A DNA stretch of 64,000 bases from Mytilus californianus (Eukaryota): positions 248,001-312,000 of the forward strand of contig NW_026262709.1 in the NCBI RefSeq assembly GCF_021869535.1. Reading direction: 5' to 3'. Each line of letters begins with the position of its first letter. The first letter of the stretch is position 1. The notes beneath the pieces were generated by a model. The model ran no database searches and was not told the origin of the DNA. It saw only the letters and a list, made by a program, of their open reading frames with translations. The position numbers and the translations under genes are program-made. Shown piece by piece: positions 48,562 to 63,690 of the stretch.

Positions 48562-51500
48562 CCATATATATATGACTGTATACAAAATCCGTACAGTGTA
48601 GGAAAATATCAAATTTATTTCACGAGCTTTAAAAAAATTAAAAGAGCGAAGCTGGCCGAGCTATTCTCCTGTTTCGTAACGAGTACAAATAAAATTTATA
48701 TTTTCCTACACTACGAATATTGTTTTTATCCTGCAATTTAACATTGAGAGTTTTTTTTCCGCATCTCATTCCTCACATTAGTTTTTGAATGAACTCGACA
48801 TGACTTAAAAGCGGACCGCAATGCGGACCCCGAATTGAACTGTCATGTAAACAGTAATTTGAACATAGCCGTTCGCTCGCAACAGAAGCAGGATACCAGA
48901 CTGTAATCGTACAGTACACATTTATCGCTTCGTGATATCAGTACACCTGTTATTGTATAGTAGTAAGGTCGATTGCAGGATATAACAAGTTATATACGTA
49001 TTACGAGTATCATATATGGATCGACAGCATATTCGATCGGACTTGTAAAGGATTCTGATAGAGTTGCATATACTTGGAGAAATATAGGCTAAAGATGCAA
49101 CTTAATACCACTTATTGATATCTTACATGTTTTATGCATGGAAAATATGAGAAAAAAATACTAATATTCATTTGTATAAGTAAGAGATGAAATAAATAAA
49201 ATCTGTATTGGTAACAGCAGACAAGGACACTTCTGATAGATTAATGGTTTTAATTTAATTTATAGTTTTACCATAATTTTTTATCAAAATAATAAATTGC
49301 AAATGGATCGAACGTAAGTTAGAAAAGTTAGAATTGCCGTTTTCGATTTCAATATCATTTCTTTTTCATACAATATACAATTGAAAACAAGGTCATGCAT
49401 TTCTCACACTGTTTATGACCTCTTTACACTAAGTTCATTGGCTGTGTACTGATTGATAATTTTGTCTAGGAGAACATCATTTATTTCGAAGTTGTAATTG
49501 GCTTTGAACATGTTGAACATGTTTCCAGTAACTTCGAGTACTCTGATTTCTGTGCTTTGTGTCAATTGTTTTTCTTAGTTGTTTTTGTGCGTCGTACTGA
49601 GCCTTTGAGTTAAGCCAATTGCAACTGGTTTTTACAGTTAGTTCTTATGTTGTGCTGTTACACCACTGTCCCAGGTTAGGGGAGGGTTCACCGCTCACTA
49701 ACATGTTTGACCCCGGCAACATTCTTTATGTGCCTGTCCTATGTAAGGAGCTTGTAGTGGTTGTCGTTAGTGCATGTCTGTTATATTTGTTTTTCGTATA
49801 TTGTTTTGTTATAAATTAGGCAGCTAGTTTTCTCATTTTAATTATTTCATATTTTTATGTCGGGTTCTTTGATAGCCGACGATACTGTATGAGTTTTACT
49901 CATTGTTGAAGGCCTTACGGTTGCCTAAAGTTGTTACACTCACTTCATTTGAACTCTGGTGGATAGATGTCTCATTGGCAATAATACCACATATCTTTAT
50001 GTTTATATTTACTCGGCCACAGTATGTATGTGTAGTCCCAAGTGAGGAGCCTGTTATGAAGTTGTTGTTGTTGGTTAATGTCTGTCATACTAGTTGATTT
50101 CGTTGAATGTTATAAATTATGCCGTTAATAGCTTCCTTCGTTTGAATTGTAACACATTTTTTATGTCGGGCCTTTTATTGCGGACTACAAGGTATGGGGT
50201 TTTCTAATCGTTAAAGGTGACTTAAAATTTTTATCGCACCGATCCGGAAGGTTAGTGACGTTGTGACCCCCAATGCATTCAAATGGAATCAGCAGATTTC
50301 AAAAGTGTGTTGTGACTTCACGTCTGTTATTTATGCTGACGTTATCTATTAGTGTTATTGTATTTCATTGTCTATTTTTATACAAAACCTGGCAGGAAAA
50401 GTCCCGTTGGCGATAAATTTGTTATACGGTTCACTACTGAGTCCCTATGGATTTATCACCTTCTACTGATCCGTATGGGGTCAGTAGCAAACCATTTATA
50501 CTACTTAGATAACGAGGTCCAATTTTTAGCCGGCATGACGTAAAACTGACGAATCAAACGACCCAGAACTTGTTACTTATTGGCAATATTAATTATGTGG
50601 AAAACAACATAGTCTGGAATGGTGTAATGTATAAACAACACCTTTGTCCTATATTAGTTAAATATAAAGTTGAATTCTTTGAAATCCGAAACCGATACAA
50701 ATAGTATACATGTCACATGTTACCTGTTACCTAATCTGTACTTTCCGCGTCTGCCAGGCGCACCACCAAACGGTGTATTTGGGATTTAATATATACATGG
50801 GTCATAATCACACCTGAACTTCGTCCTTAAATAAGTATTGACACTACTAAATTCAATCATTGACCAAAAAAAGTAGTTTCCGTTTGTTGTAAGAAAATCA
50901 GGACGAAAAAAAAACAGAAAGATTTTGAAAGCAGAGAAAATTGTGCACCTTATAATCAGCATGACTTTATCAAATGACAATACGAATATTTAAAATCAGG
51001 CTGAAAATAAGGCGTAGGTACTTTAATTCAGTCACGGACCCAAGGTGTCGCGGGTGTGTTCTATTGTAACTTATAATATCCACTTAACACTTAACATACA
51101 TATTGGAAACAGAAATATTTCAGAGTTAAAACCGTCTATCGGTAACCATATTCGTTTACAATCACGCAGATTGTGAAATTATATATTACAACAAAAAGAA
51201 AAACACAAAATCCTGCAGGTAACAAAAAATAAATTCTCAAAAGTACTTCCTTAACATCTCATAAAGTTCAATATCACCTTTCACTGGAACTGGATCAAAC
51301 AAACAGATGGCGTACATAAAGGCGACAGTAGTATACCGCTGTTCGAAATTCATGAATCGATTGAGAAAAAACAAATCCGGGTTACAAACTAAAACTGAGG
51401 GAAACACATCAAATATAAGAGGAGAACAAAGACACAACAGAAACACTAAAATGCAACACACACAGAAACGATTATAAGATAACAATAGCCATTTTCCTGA

Positions 51501-52639
51501 CTTGGTACAGGACATTTTAAGAAAAAATGGTAGGATGAACCTGGTTTTGTGGCTAGCCAAACCTCCCGCTTTAATGGCAATGTTAAACATAACACTAAAA
51601 TGACAACATTACATAACAGGACTACAATACAAATAAATGGAAGAACATACAGGACAGAGAAACACACAAATAAACAATACAATAGAACATTAAGACAAGC
51701 TAATAGTTATCTAAGTTGCCAGGCCTAAAGATTAAGAGCATTGATGACCCAAAATTCCAAAAAGTTGTGCCAAATACGGCTAGGTTATCTGCCTGGGATA
51801 AGAAAATATTAGTATTTAGAATAATTCATCTTTTAGCAAACAGTGAATTTATAAAATATAAAAATGACCATATAATTGATATACATGTTAATACCGAAGT
51901 GGTGACTAACTACAACCTGGGGAGGATTGGCGCGCAAACATGTTTTACCCTGCCATATTCTGTATTTCTGTAGCCTGTAATGCTGTGATTGTCGTTTGTT
52001 GCTGTTTATCATATTTATTTTTTTTTGTTTATTGTTTTTTTTTACATAAATCTGACCGTTAGTTTACTCGTTTGAATTGTTTTACACAATAATGTCATTT
52101 CGTATCCCTTATTATTTATGGGTTTTGCTTATTGTTGAAGGCCGTATGGTCAGATATAGTTGCTTACTTTCTACGGCATTTGATGTCTGGTGGAGAGCTG
52201 TCTCATTGGCAATCATATCGCATCATATTTTTATACTACTGTACTGTTCGCTTCCGTACGCTAGAGTCCAACGATCTGGATAATCACGATCTGCAGAATA
52301 ACAAAACACTGTAAATGGCCATACTAGGTCATGCAAGAGTAAAAAAAACCCATCTTAGTTAGTAAGACTGACAAACGGGACTACAAAACATGTTTTAGTA
52401 TTTTCAAATTACATCAACCATATAAATCTGAATTGTGAAAAGGAAAGAATTTAAACGTCCTCTTTGACTAAAATAATGATTTTTACCGGAAGTGATGATA
52501 TAAGGTATATCGTATATAAGCCAATTTGGGGATGACACTATTCTAGAAATAAACCAAATATTTAATATGAATTTATTAAACAACAAAGTTATGAAAGATG
52601 TTAATCTATATATTTTCGAAATGGTTGGTATAAAAGAAT

Positions 52640-53100
52640 ATCTGATATCGTCAACATAACGTCAGCAAAGAGGAGTTCTGAGAAAGAAGGAATATCTGAT
52701 AGACTATGTACGGTTATTTCCAGTGAAACTCATTTCAAGAATACCTGTCGAAGATTGGACCATACTCTAACCCGAATAAATCAGTCCAACCCTGTAATCG
52801 ATCTCTCCTTCTTACGAGGGCCTGAATTCCTAACACGATAAAAACTCTTCACGAATCCTGGATTGTGACCATGCAATCAGCAATCATCTTAATTTTATCG
52901 AGATAGGTAAATCCCGAGTTAATTCCGAATGATTGATTTTTGATGAAAAATTTGTCATTGTCCATGCATTAAGGCGTTGATGAAGTTATCGTAGATCAGC
53001 GGAATATAACGACTGAATTATTCGGGTTAACCATACTCATACATTTCAGGATCAATAGAACCATAACACATTTCAAAATTGCAGCCCTACTGTGTCGATG
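52640..53100 (-). pseudogene. Highly degenerate Penelope-like RT relic
   Basis: Minus strand RYVDDI at 52661-52644 with weak upstream RT-like context. Confidence 0.35.
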
Positions 53101-53531
53101 TTTTTAGCTGAGTAAAGTATCGAAAATACATGCTTCATTGCCTTAAATTTCACTGCCTTTCTTATCATTTCATAATTGCCAGATGTAGGGTTTCTAAGAA
53201 ACTATGTTGTAACCTACAAAAGGCATTAAACATGCAACTTAAAGATACAAGTACAGCAGTTAAATAGTTTATTCTTATGGATGGATTTAATAAGTTATTA
53301 TGAAATCAACAATCTGTTTAACCAACAACAGTTTGCGGAATTCTGAAAAATATACAACCAAAAAACAATTTTGTTAGTTTATATACTATAGAATTATCAA
53401 AACTAAATTGTATTATTAATTAATGTTACAGAGTATAATGCCATCATAGTTTACCACTTAATTTCCAAAACAGATCGATTGACATGTTTTCATCCAACCA
53501 GAGCAAGTTAATGAATATTTAGATTCCTATA

Positions 53532-53812
53532 TTAAGGTGGTACATAACACTACAGGGAGATAACTCTGTAAAAATCAGCTGAACGTTTTAATCACGTTCT
53601 ATTGTTAAGGAAATATCAAGCTACTCAATGATCAAAATAAGTGTTTGTCAAACTGCCATATATCCAATGAAATTTTTCCTAGTGTGTGGTTCAAGTTTTT
53701 TGAAATTTTTATATTTTTGTCAAAGTGAATATTTTGTCAAAATTTAAGAAAATTAAACGAGCCAAATTAATTTTAGTCAACGTGTTTGGTACTACCTTAA
53801 TATAATTTATCC
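53532..53812. mobile_element. MITE with TTAA-flanked inverted ends (Kolobok-like)
   Basis: TTAAGGTGGTAC...GTACTACCTTAA; homologous inverted copy at ~42578-42855. Confidence 0.6.
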
Positions 53813-55094
53813 TTCATAAGGGTTACTAATTACAAGGAAGCTAATGCATTAAAGGTTTCAAGTGGATAAATTGAAGTCTTCCCTTCGATTTTTTTGATAA
53901 TTATTTGGTTGACTATTTTTGATATTTGTGTAAAGATATAACTACGGATATATTCGATTGTGGTAACCACTACCACTACCTATAGTCTTTCTTCAAATTA
54001 CGATTATTCCTTTTATATCTATTTGCCATTTTATTTTGTTTTACATTATACAGCCATCCAAACAGATTTGAATACATTAAACAAGGACTCATAAATATTT
54101 GCCATCCGTAAAAGTCTAGATATATCGACATCTGATATGAATTATACTTCCTTTAAAACTGAATCTATTTTTACAAAAAACGTTATCAATTAATTTAAAT
54201 ATTACCGAAACAAAGTTTTTAAAAATACTATAAGACGGATTAAAGGACAGACGGACGGAGTTTTAACCTCGCCAATTTTAAGATCGCCGATTCGAGTAAT
54301 AAAAGCTGAACTGATTATTGTAGATACAAATTACAAGAAGTACTTTTAAATTTAACGAGACCTATTGTGAAATACTTACTTAGATTCACATACATATCTC
54401 ATTTCTGCTAAGCAACTTGTATCATCCCATTGCCAATTATGTGCACTCCACATTTGAAGGCAGTTTCCGTATAAACCGTTAGCTGGTTCATATGGTGCCC
54501 AATCGGTGTATGAAAAAAAACTTTTCGTGAATGACCACTGCCATTTTCCTTCCACTATGTCATCCCTACCACCAAGCCAAAAACCTGATAAAATGTATTA
54601 CTTTCGAGTTGATTTTGATAATACGCACGGTGTTACCATGTATTACTCAAAACCTTTACAGCATTATTTCGTAGACACAAATATGTGGTTTTGATTTTTC
54701 ATCATTTTCTTTTAATTAGATTTTAATATTTTTATCATCGGTACTAACATTGATTTTATTTCCAATAGTAATATACATTTAATATACAAATATTGCTATC
54801 GAAATTTTATTGTACTGTCTTTATTTTGGCACTTCACAAGATCAAACTTTTTCCTACAGGTTATGACATCTTTACGATGTATCTGTTGGAGGTATACTGA
54901 TATACGTTTAAATCTTGAACATATGGTCTTTTTTAGTTTGAAATAGGTCTTTGAGCTAGCTTCCACTCACTGTTAGTACTCTTATCGATACTGTTTGTCC
55001 TTTAACATTGTGATGTTTGTTTTTGCCTTTCGCAAATCTAATGAGTAAAGCTTTTTGTTGTCCTCCTTTATCACTGTCCCTGCAATGGTAGGGT

Positions 55095-55460
55095 TAAGCA
55101 ATGGCGTGGAATAACCGTTTCACAGATAATATCGGATATGTTCCTTATGTCGTAACTACAATACCCTTCCCTTTTCACGAATGTGACCTACCGAATTAGA
55201 CTATTTACCTGATTTTTAATAACATAAGCAACACGACGGGTGCCACATATGGAGCAGGATCTGCTTAACCTTCCTGAGCACCTGAGATCACCCCCAGTTT
55301 TTGTTGGGGTTCGTGTTGCTTAGTCTTTGGTTTTCTGTCTTGTTTCATCTGTACTATTATTTGTCTATTTGTCTTTTTGTTTTTGGACATGGCGTTGTCA
55401 GTTTGTTTTCGATCTGTGAGTTTGATTGTCCCTCTGGTATCTTTCGTCCCTCTTTTAAGC
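55095..55460 (+). mobile_element. 3' end fragment of a Penelope-like element
   Basis: ...TTTCACAGATAATATCGGATATGTTCC...GGAGCAGGATCTGCTT.ACCTTCC.GAGCACC...; more degraded relative at ~27420-27700. The family assignment is from recalled similarity and is unverified. Confidence 0.45.
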
Positions 55461-55490
55461 GTGTACAAACATTTCACATTCATAAAGTGT

Positions 55491-55592
55491 TATTATTATT
55501 AATTCCTAAAGTGGTATTGTTAATTGATAAAGTGGTACTGTCATTTCAAAAAGTGGTAATTTCAATTCATAAAGTGGTATTTTCAGTTCATA
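55491..55592. repeat. Degenerate ~21-bp tandem repeat with AAAGTGGTA core
   Basis: AAAGTG(GTA) recurs about six times at ~21-bp spacing. Confidence 0.7.
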
Positions 55593-58500
55593 AAGTGTGC
55601 ATTTTATATAAATGAGTCACTTTCTTTATGCAACTGTCCTAAGTAATTGCTCGTGATACAGTGGTTGTTCGCCATAGTTTTTACCCCAAATGGTATAAGC
55701 TTAAAGCAAACCGCTGTTGTTCTCTTTTGATTTTTTTTCACATTATGTTACAATAAGGCCTTTCATAGCTGACTATACGATATGGGTGTAGTTCATTGTT
55801 GAAGGTCGCAGTTATTGACATCTTTCCCAAATGGTCTGTATTAGCATTTCTAACCTGAATAACTATTAAGACCAATCCTTCTTTTTAAGAGTTTCATCCA
55901 TAGTTTACATTTTTTAATCAATGTAAATGAAGTTCAAGACAATAGTTGTTTATCCGTTTTAAAGCTTGCAAGTTCATTTTGAATAAACAAAAAAAGATAA
56001 AAAAAAAAATAAATAAAAAGCTTCAGGGAATCGCATAAACACTAAACGGAAGGAGGATTGAAGCATCCGCAGTGCAAGCGTCTCAAATCATTTAATTATC
56101 TTATTCCCACATCACAACCTGTTCCATAGATAGTTCACCAGCGAAGCTACCAAGCAAGAAGCAGTAATGTACGATACCGATTCAAGCTCAAATCTTGAAT
56201 ACCTCAGGTACGATTTGTTAACATATCTAAGGAGTGAAAAATGTAGACTTTATGAAGATTCTGAGTACATACACTCTAGACGTAGGGAAATAGGTGTTAT
56301 CTTTAATAAACCATGCATCATCTATCATACAATTAAAATGCACTTTTATTCAGTATTTAATGTAATTTAATTAAGGTACTGATATTGCATTTGTATTTAA
56401 ATAATACATAAACTCCCTCTTTTTTTGTATTATATTTAAGGTTAGATTAATAATGTGAATATAATATAGAAATAAGAAAATGTGGTATAATTGCAAATAA
56501 TGAAGAACCAGAGTCCAAATGACGAAGATGTTAGCACCTATCTATAACCTTACTTTCTTCAACAATGAGCAAATCCAATACCGCATAGCAGAATAAAAAT
56601 GACCCCGATAATACAAAATGTAAAACAATTCAAACAAAAAAAAACAAACGGTCTTATTTATGTACAAAACAGTTAACGAAAAACAAATATGATATACAGC
56701 AACACACGACAACTACTGAATTACAGGTTGAGGAAAGACAGATGTTACATAAAAAGTGGCGGGGTTACAAATGTTTGCAGATGCCCATCCCTCCCTTACC
56801 TTGGGCATTGGTGTAACAGAACAGCATAAAAACAAAATATAAACACTTGTTAAACAGGGCTTGCCAAATCCAATCCATACAAAACACAAAAAACAACTTT
56901 AAATAGGATTAAAAACACAAAGATAACGTTTGAGATCAAGAAAATATAGTATAAAAAGAACAGTCAACTCCGTGTAGTATCAGATTTATTGAAGGAATTG
57001 CATTTTTCACGAACAAAGTATAAGTACAAAAACAATTAGACCAAAGGGATAATTTTTATTATGTCAGTATACACTTGCGACTAGTTGGATGTTACATTTT
57101 GAATTCAGGCTTGTAATATATTTAAGATACTTGATCTACAAATATATGTAGTAATCAATAGATGATGTAAAAATAGTTAAAGCCTCAGCAACATAACTCA
57201 TTGAGGGCAAAGGTTAAGTTTACATGTATTTGTTATTTTTCAATGCTTCTTATTTTTTTAATGTAGAATTGTATTTAATCATTATGATCTGGACTTAATG
57301 ATTTATGCGGAGGAAAAATAAACAATAAATAAATGTTAAATCGTTGGCATATGTTCTAAAGAAAAATACATATTGTATTGTCCCTTCGTTAATATCAGTA
57401 TACCCGTTGTCATTTTTGTATCTATCACTTTCAATATTTTAGTTATTGTGATTATACTTGTAATAGTGATAACAATTATGTTTTATTATCATTTTATCAC
57501 AATTACTTTAATATTTCTTCGTCATTTTAACCATCATTAACACGTTTGAATGCAGATGCTTGCTTATTTATGTACATGTCATAAAATACCTGAAGAATTT
57601 CCATATAATCTTGCTGTATAACGCAAATATTCTTGTTGTGTAGATAACATCACTTCTGCAAGTCTAGCGTCATGTGCTCTGCATGAACCCTTATTCACCG
57701 TACAATTACAATTGCATTATTTTCATATCATAAATAATATAAAGCATCAACAATATAATCGTTACTTATGTTCGTTAAGTATATTTCCAAAAAAAAAAAT
57801 TCACCCATAATGGAGAAGTTTTGTTTTTTATTTCAAAACCTAAAAAGTCAAACTTTGTGACAGCCAACAGTGACAGGTGTTTGAATTATAAAGTCGAAAC
57901 CATAAAATGTTAGTTTTGCACGAGAAAATTGAAATTCATTGTTGTTTAACTTAAATTAAATAAATAATAAAATGTATTATTTCAGGTAGTTATTGATTGT
58001 CAACATCGAATGGTCAACCCATGAATTGAGGATAAATTTGGGACTAATCATTTCCAGCATAGCATGTACCAAGAGGTAGCCATTGAAAGTAGAACACAAA
58101 TATTATTGGCATTTCATTGCGATTGGTCATAGTCACCAATAAATTGAAAGTACAGATAGGGTTGTGAATGACTTCGAGAAACAATCTTTAGTCGACACCT
58201 TTTATATTGGACCAACCAAATGGATTTTTCTCATTGTTGAAGGCCTTATGACGACCTATTATTGCGTACCCTTACGTGATACTCCAGCGGATAGTCGTCG
58301 CATTGGCAATCATATCACACCTCCTGATTTTTATATTAAGAATCATATTCAGAGTTTAAGTAATGTCTCTGTGCGACTTCCTCTTGATAGTTGCCCATTC
58401 GTTTTTGAAAGACTACGACTGTTATTAACATTATTTTATTTCACAATGCTTCCATTCTATTATAATAGTATATATTTGCTAATTCAAATATAGATATAAA

Positions 58501-61500
58501 CAAATCAACGAAAGCATGTAGCTTCCGTTTTAAGGTTAGTTTAACACATACCTGTGCAGTTTAACACATACCTGTGCATTAAACCAGTTAAGTTTCTCGT
58601 GACTAAAAAGATAACAAGAATCTTCATAATGATGCCATGTCATTGGACACTCTGCTAAAACAGTCGCTGTAAAGACTACAAAAAGACAGTAAAAAGACAT
58701 TCGGTTTTCATAAAGAGAAATCCCCCCTCAATCATTAACCAACGTCTATCAAATTTCCTATTTAATGTTCGAACTGTGGGTTGCTGGTTTTTGTAAATGA
58801 TTCCTATATGGAATAGTATGAACCATATATTTTCCGGTTTTACACTGAATATGTTTTTTCTACTGCACTGTTATTCGCATATGTAACTAACTCATTCAGG
58901 TCATTTACGTGAATAAACAACACATCTGTTGTGGTTAAACGAAATGCCTCTAATAGTCTGTGTATAGTTTTTGAATATTGCATCTATCTTACAAGTTTAT
59001 CGTAATGGTAAATTCCATGCTGTGGTATTTTCGGTACCTTTTTAACCACTAGTATACTAATTTTCCACTCCAGTTTTATAAAGATTGTATGTTGAGTGTT
59101 CTTGCCATCATGAAATATTTTTACACATTTATATTCGAATTGTGCAATAGATATAGCTATAGTATAAACAAGTACCCGGCCACGTCCACTTGTATTTTTA
59201 GTATTTGTATTTTTATCCATCTGAGGAGTTAAGCCTCTTTCAACTGACTTTTATAGTTCATTCTTATGTTGTACTTTTACACCACTGTCCCAGGTTAGGG
59301 GGAGGGTTGGTATCCCGCTAGCATGTTTAACCCCGCCACATTCTGTATGTATGTGCCTGTCCCAAGTCAGGAGCCTGTAATTCAGTGGTTGTCGTTTGTT
59401 TATGTGTTACATATTTGTTTTTCGTTCATTGTTTGTACATAAATTAGGCCGTTAGTTTTCTCGTTTGAATTGTTTTACATTGTCATTTCGGGGCCTTTTA
59501 TAGCTGACTGTGCGGTATGGGCTTTGCGAATTGTTGAAGGCCGTACGGTGACATATAGTTGTTAATTTCTGTGTCATTTGGTCTCTTGTGGAGAGTTGTC
59601 TCATTGGCAATCATACCATATCTTCTTTTTTATATATACCCTTATATCAGACATTTAATGTGGGGTGTATCATATTGAATGGGGGTTTGAATAACATTTT
59701 TTTTAGGTTTGTGTGCCTGCATGCCTAACTGGTGTTGTTGAAATTGTATCTGCATTGTCAAGTTCGTAGGCCTGCATACAACAATTTGTATACTGACTCA
59801 TAAACATTTATTTGATTGCATGTATGCTTTCAAATCTATTCGGTGAACAGTAGGAAAATATAACCGTAAACATACTAGTATACGCGGACCATAAAAATAA
59901 GTGAACTATTATCGTCAGCATCAATTGCTGTTGACTCAAAGCTGCTTTTGTTATAGCAAATTTGTAAATTTTAAGTATGCTTTTGTGTTTTGATATTTCC
60001 ATACCGCAAACTCAAATTGTCAAGTTTTGACCAACACAATACGTCTCTATTTAAGACTAATCTCATCATGTTAACAGTAATAGGCAGGGTATTTTTTTAA
60101 AATGGTTTAGATAAAATATGTTCATCTTCACACTCAACGAAAGGAAGGGATCAGAACAAAAAAAAATATGCACCTATTTTATTGCGTAAAAGCCAGTAAT
60201 AAAGAAACGGTCTAAGGTGCCACTGATGAGGTTTATGTAGATGAAATGCGGATCTTGAGTACGAGATTATAAGTTTGATATGTTTGAAGAGTTATTTTGA
60301 GAAGTTTCTTTCAGAATCAAATACGATACATATAAAGCAAGTGTAGTAACCGAAACTGGTGAAGCAAGCAGTTCGTATCGTGTACACCCAGAACCCCTTG
60401 AATGATAATGTAAGATATAATTGTTGAATGCTTTTACTATCTTCTGCAATTTAAGGTAAGTGATGTGCAAAATCACCAAGATGACTATTTTTAATTGTTT
60501 CCACTGCAAACAACAATTTTGCTAAGGATAAAGACATTAGTATTTACATGCAACGTCAATCATAAAAAAACATGTAAATGAGGCAAAACGACAAGCATGC
60601 TATTGTTAAGAAATAAAGAACCATCTGTGACAGTTTCATGTTTATCACGAATATTCCATAACGGGAATTGCTCTACAAGAACATATAAAAGAATACTGAA
60701 CGCAATAAGGGAAAACATATGTGACTATAACGGCCTCTTTAAAATACAATATTATTGCCAACAACAGGAAAGTTGTTTTTTCTCTACTCAAGAACACAAT
60801 TATATCCCTTTTTGAGCACTCTCTCATAAAGGAAACAAATTGTGTTCGGGAACTGTATTGCTTCATATTTATCAAAATCGTCGGTCCTATAAACAATTTG
60901 ACCAGTTAAATCATTTCCATTTGTTTTCTGTTAACATTACGACAAATAGGACGATACCACTGTTTAGAACTACTAATGGGTGTTGGGAATGATACATTTG
61001 ATAAACAAAAACCCGAACAAGATATTCAGATGTCATGTTAAGACACACAAACTATGAAAAGATCTGATAAAATTCACGAATTATATAGATATAAGAAGAT
61101 GTGGTATGTTCATATTTTATAGTGTTAACAATTATTTTGTAATGTTATAATAACCTACCTGAAAGCAGCAGAATCAGTATTATGGAAATATAAAACGATA
61201 CTTTTGAACGGAAAATCAACAGCATTATTTTTCCACTTTCAAATGTATACTATATCTTATCAATGCCTTTCACAATAGATTTGACCTATAAACAATTTCC
61301 AACAACTTCGATTCGGGCATAGTTTCTTATATATCTATCTAAACAGGTCATTGATTTATACTTCTCTTTATTCTTATTTATAAAAATACATATGTATGTT
61401 ATTTAATTTGGGTTTTAATGCAAATTGAACTGCAATCTAATGTATTTTTTAATCCTCTAAATTTCTCTTTCTAAACAGGTCATTGATTCATATTTCTCCT

Positions 61501-62485
61501 CATTTTCTATTTAAAGGTACAAGTATGTAATTTATGTTGGGTGTTTAGGTCAAATTGAACTGCAATGTAATTTATTTCTTAATTGTTTGAACTTGTTAGA
61601 TTAAAACGTCGAATCTATGTACTTATCTCTGTAATAACACATTGCAAATGTTGTTTTAAATGTTTTCTGTTGATGTGTTGTACAAGTATAAAATTTCAGT
61701 TGCTTTGATGGCTACGTGAATATTCTCTTTAAGAAACTGTTTTCGCTTACAACATTCGTACGATGCTTTAAGAATACAGAACGGTCTTCAGTTAAACATT
61801 TTGGTGCTGACGTTGTGTATCATTTAATATTTCTTTTGCAGTTTTTCCTATATTTATTTTTGTACTATAGTATGTCAATAGCTTTTTGACATGTATCGGT
61901 ATTTAAACACCAAGCTTCAATTTTTTGGCTTTAGGCGTTCCTGATGAATGTAGTTCGATTCGGACACATTAAACTTTTGTAGTGTTATTTTCATTTTGTG
62001 TACCATCGTAATTATATTTAATTTAATTCGTACTTTATCGGGAGAGACATGTATATGTCATTATGTGTTACTATACTGTACTAGTTTAGATTTACTATCA
62101 ACTACAAAAACAGTTATTTTTTTTTTGGCTTTCTTGTTAGATTTCATTGTATGTTTGTTTGGGTGATTCAATTTATATATGTTGTATATTTTTGATGTAG
62201 TTGTACACAATTTTGGCTGCTGGATCCCAACTACTGTCATGTTGACCAATCGTGTTCTTTTGAAATATCACATGTATATCAATGTGGCCAATTTCATGGA
62301 GATATAACAACAATGTTTAGAAATATATATGTCAATGTGTCAATGGTTCATACATATTCATAAATAGAATTATTCATCTTCTGTAAAGTTGTCTGTAAAA
62401 ACTATGTAATTATCTTATTAAGATGTCAATTGCTCAATGCTCTTCAACTTCGTACTTTATTTGGCCTTTTAAACTTTTTTGTGTC

Positions 62486-62531
62486 GAGCGTCACTGATGA
62501 TTCTTTTGTAGACGAAACGCGCGTCTGACGT
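62486..62531 (+). ncRNA. Minimal type I hammerhead ribozyme motif (G10.1 mutated)
   Basis: GCGTCA-CTGATGA-TTC ttttgta GAC-GAAA-C gcgc GTC-TGACGT; stems I-III present; GUC triplet at 62523-62525. Confidence 0.7.
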
Positions 62532-63464
62532 ACACAATTTTAATCGTGGTATCTATGATGGGCTTATTGTATTTCTGATAGCTAGGAAATACATAAATGG
62601 TGGACTGATGATTTTCCCATGAAGTATATGCGAATAAATCAATTCATTTCTATAAATTGAGGGGGTTTTAAATCCCAGCCGGACGCCTGTATCCATATTT
62701 CCCTCTAAAAATCGCACCAAACACAGAAACTGACGATTTTTAAGGAACATTCTGTACCTTTTAAGAAAGATTAAACTTGTGTCCATACAACAATAGAAAG
62801 CAAGGTTGACAAAGTGTTGTGTAACAATATCTTGATATTTAGCTATGGGAATACACTCCCCAATGTAAGACATTGATTTATTTTTCTGTTGGCTGAATAC
62901 GTCAATGGAAGACGGCAATTTCAATCATTTACATGCCGCTAGACCAGCGATTTTCAGGAGAAACGTATCAACAAGATCTATTCATATGCATCAATGGTCA
63001 ACAGTTGAGAATAAGAGTAAGTACACAAATCAAGAGAATCTTATTGTTATTGAACAATGTTTGTGTTTTCTGAACTTGTTTGTCTTTTCGTCGTGTAATG
63101 TATTTTCGCATGGCGTTATCAGATTCTTTCGACATAAGTTCTGAATGTCCCCTTAGTATCTTCAGCATCTTTTTAAATGCAAGTATAAAGATAATTGTTT
63201 TATTTTAAAATTATTCCTATGACAATGTACAGATTTTCGTGCTCGAAACGTAGTTGTAGAAAATAGGTATACTTCGCAAAATTGTATCATGTCAAAGACT
63301 ATGTCAAGCACGTTGAAAATTTGTGTATTGAAAGACGTTTAGATTCAGCAAAGACCCAACTGTTTGGTTCAATATCAGCTTATCCAGATTTTAATGAAAT
63401 TACCTCGATCAGTTAGCAAGGTAATGTTCCAAAAATATAGTTTAGCAGGAATTTATCAAAATGT

Positions 63465-63690
63465 ACGATACTGTGAACCAACGTATTTTCGCGAGCAATT
63501 CTTTTTCGTGACTTTTGCGAGTAGAAAAATAACGCGAATATAAGCGGTCGCGAATATTTAAAAATTGAACTTCCCTCATCTAACTACACCAAGAAATAAA
63601 AAAATCGTGAAAATGAATAGCCATGAAGTCGGCTGAAAGGACTTATCGCGAAATGAAGTATCCGCGAAAATAAGTTTGTTTACAGTATTG
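63465..63690. mobile_element. MITE with TACTGTGAAC / GTTTACAGTA ends
   Basis: Imperfect terminal inverted repeats and CGCGA-rich internal subrepeats. Confidence 0.5.
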
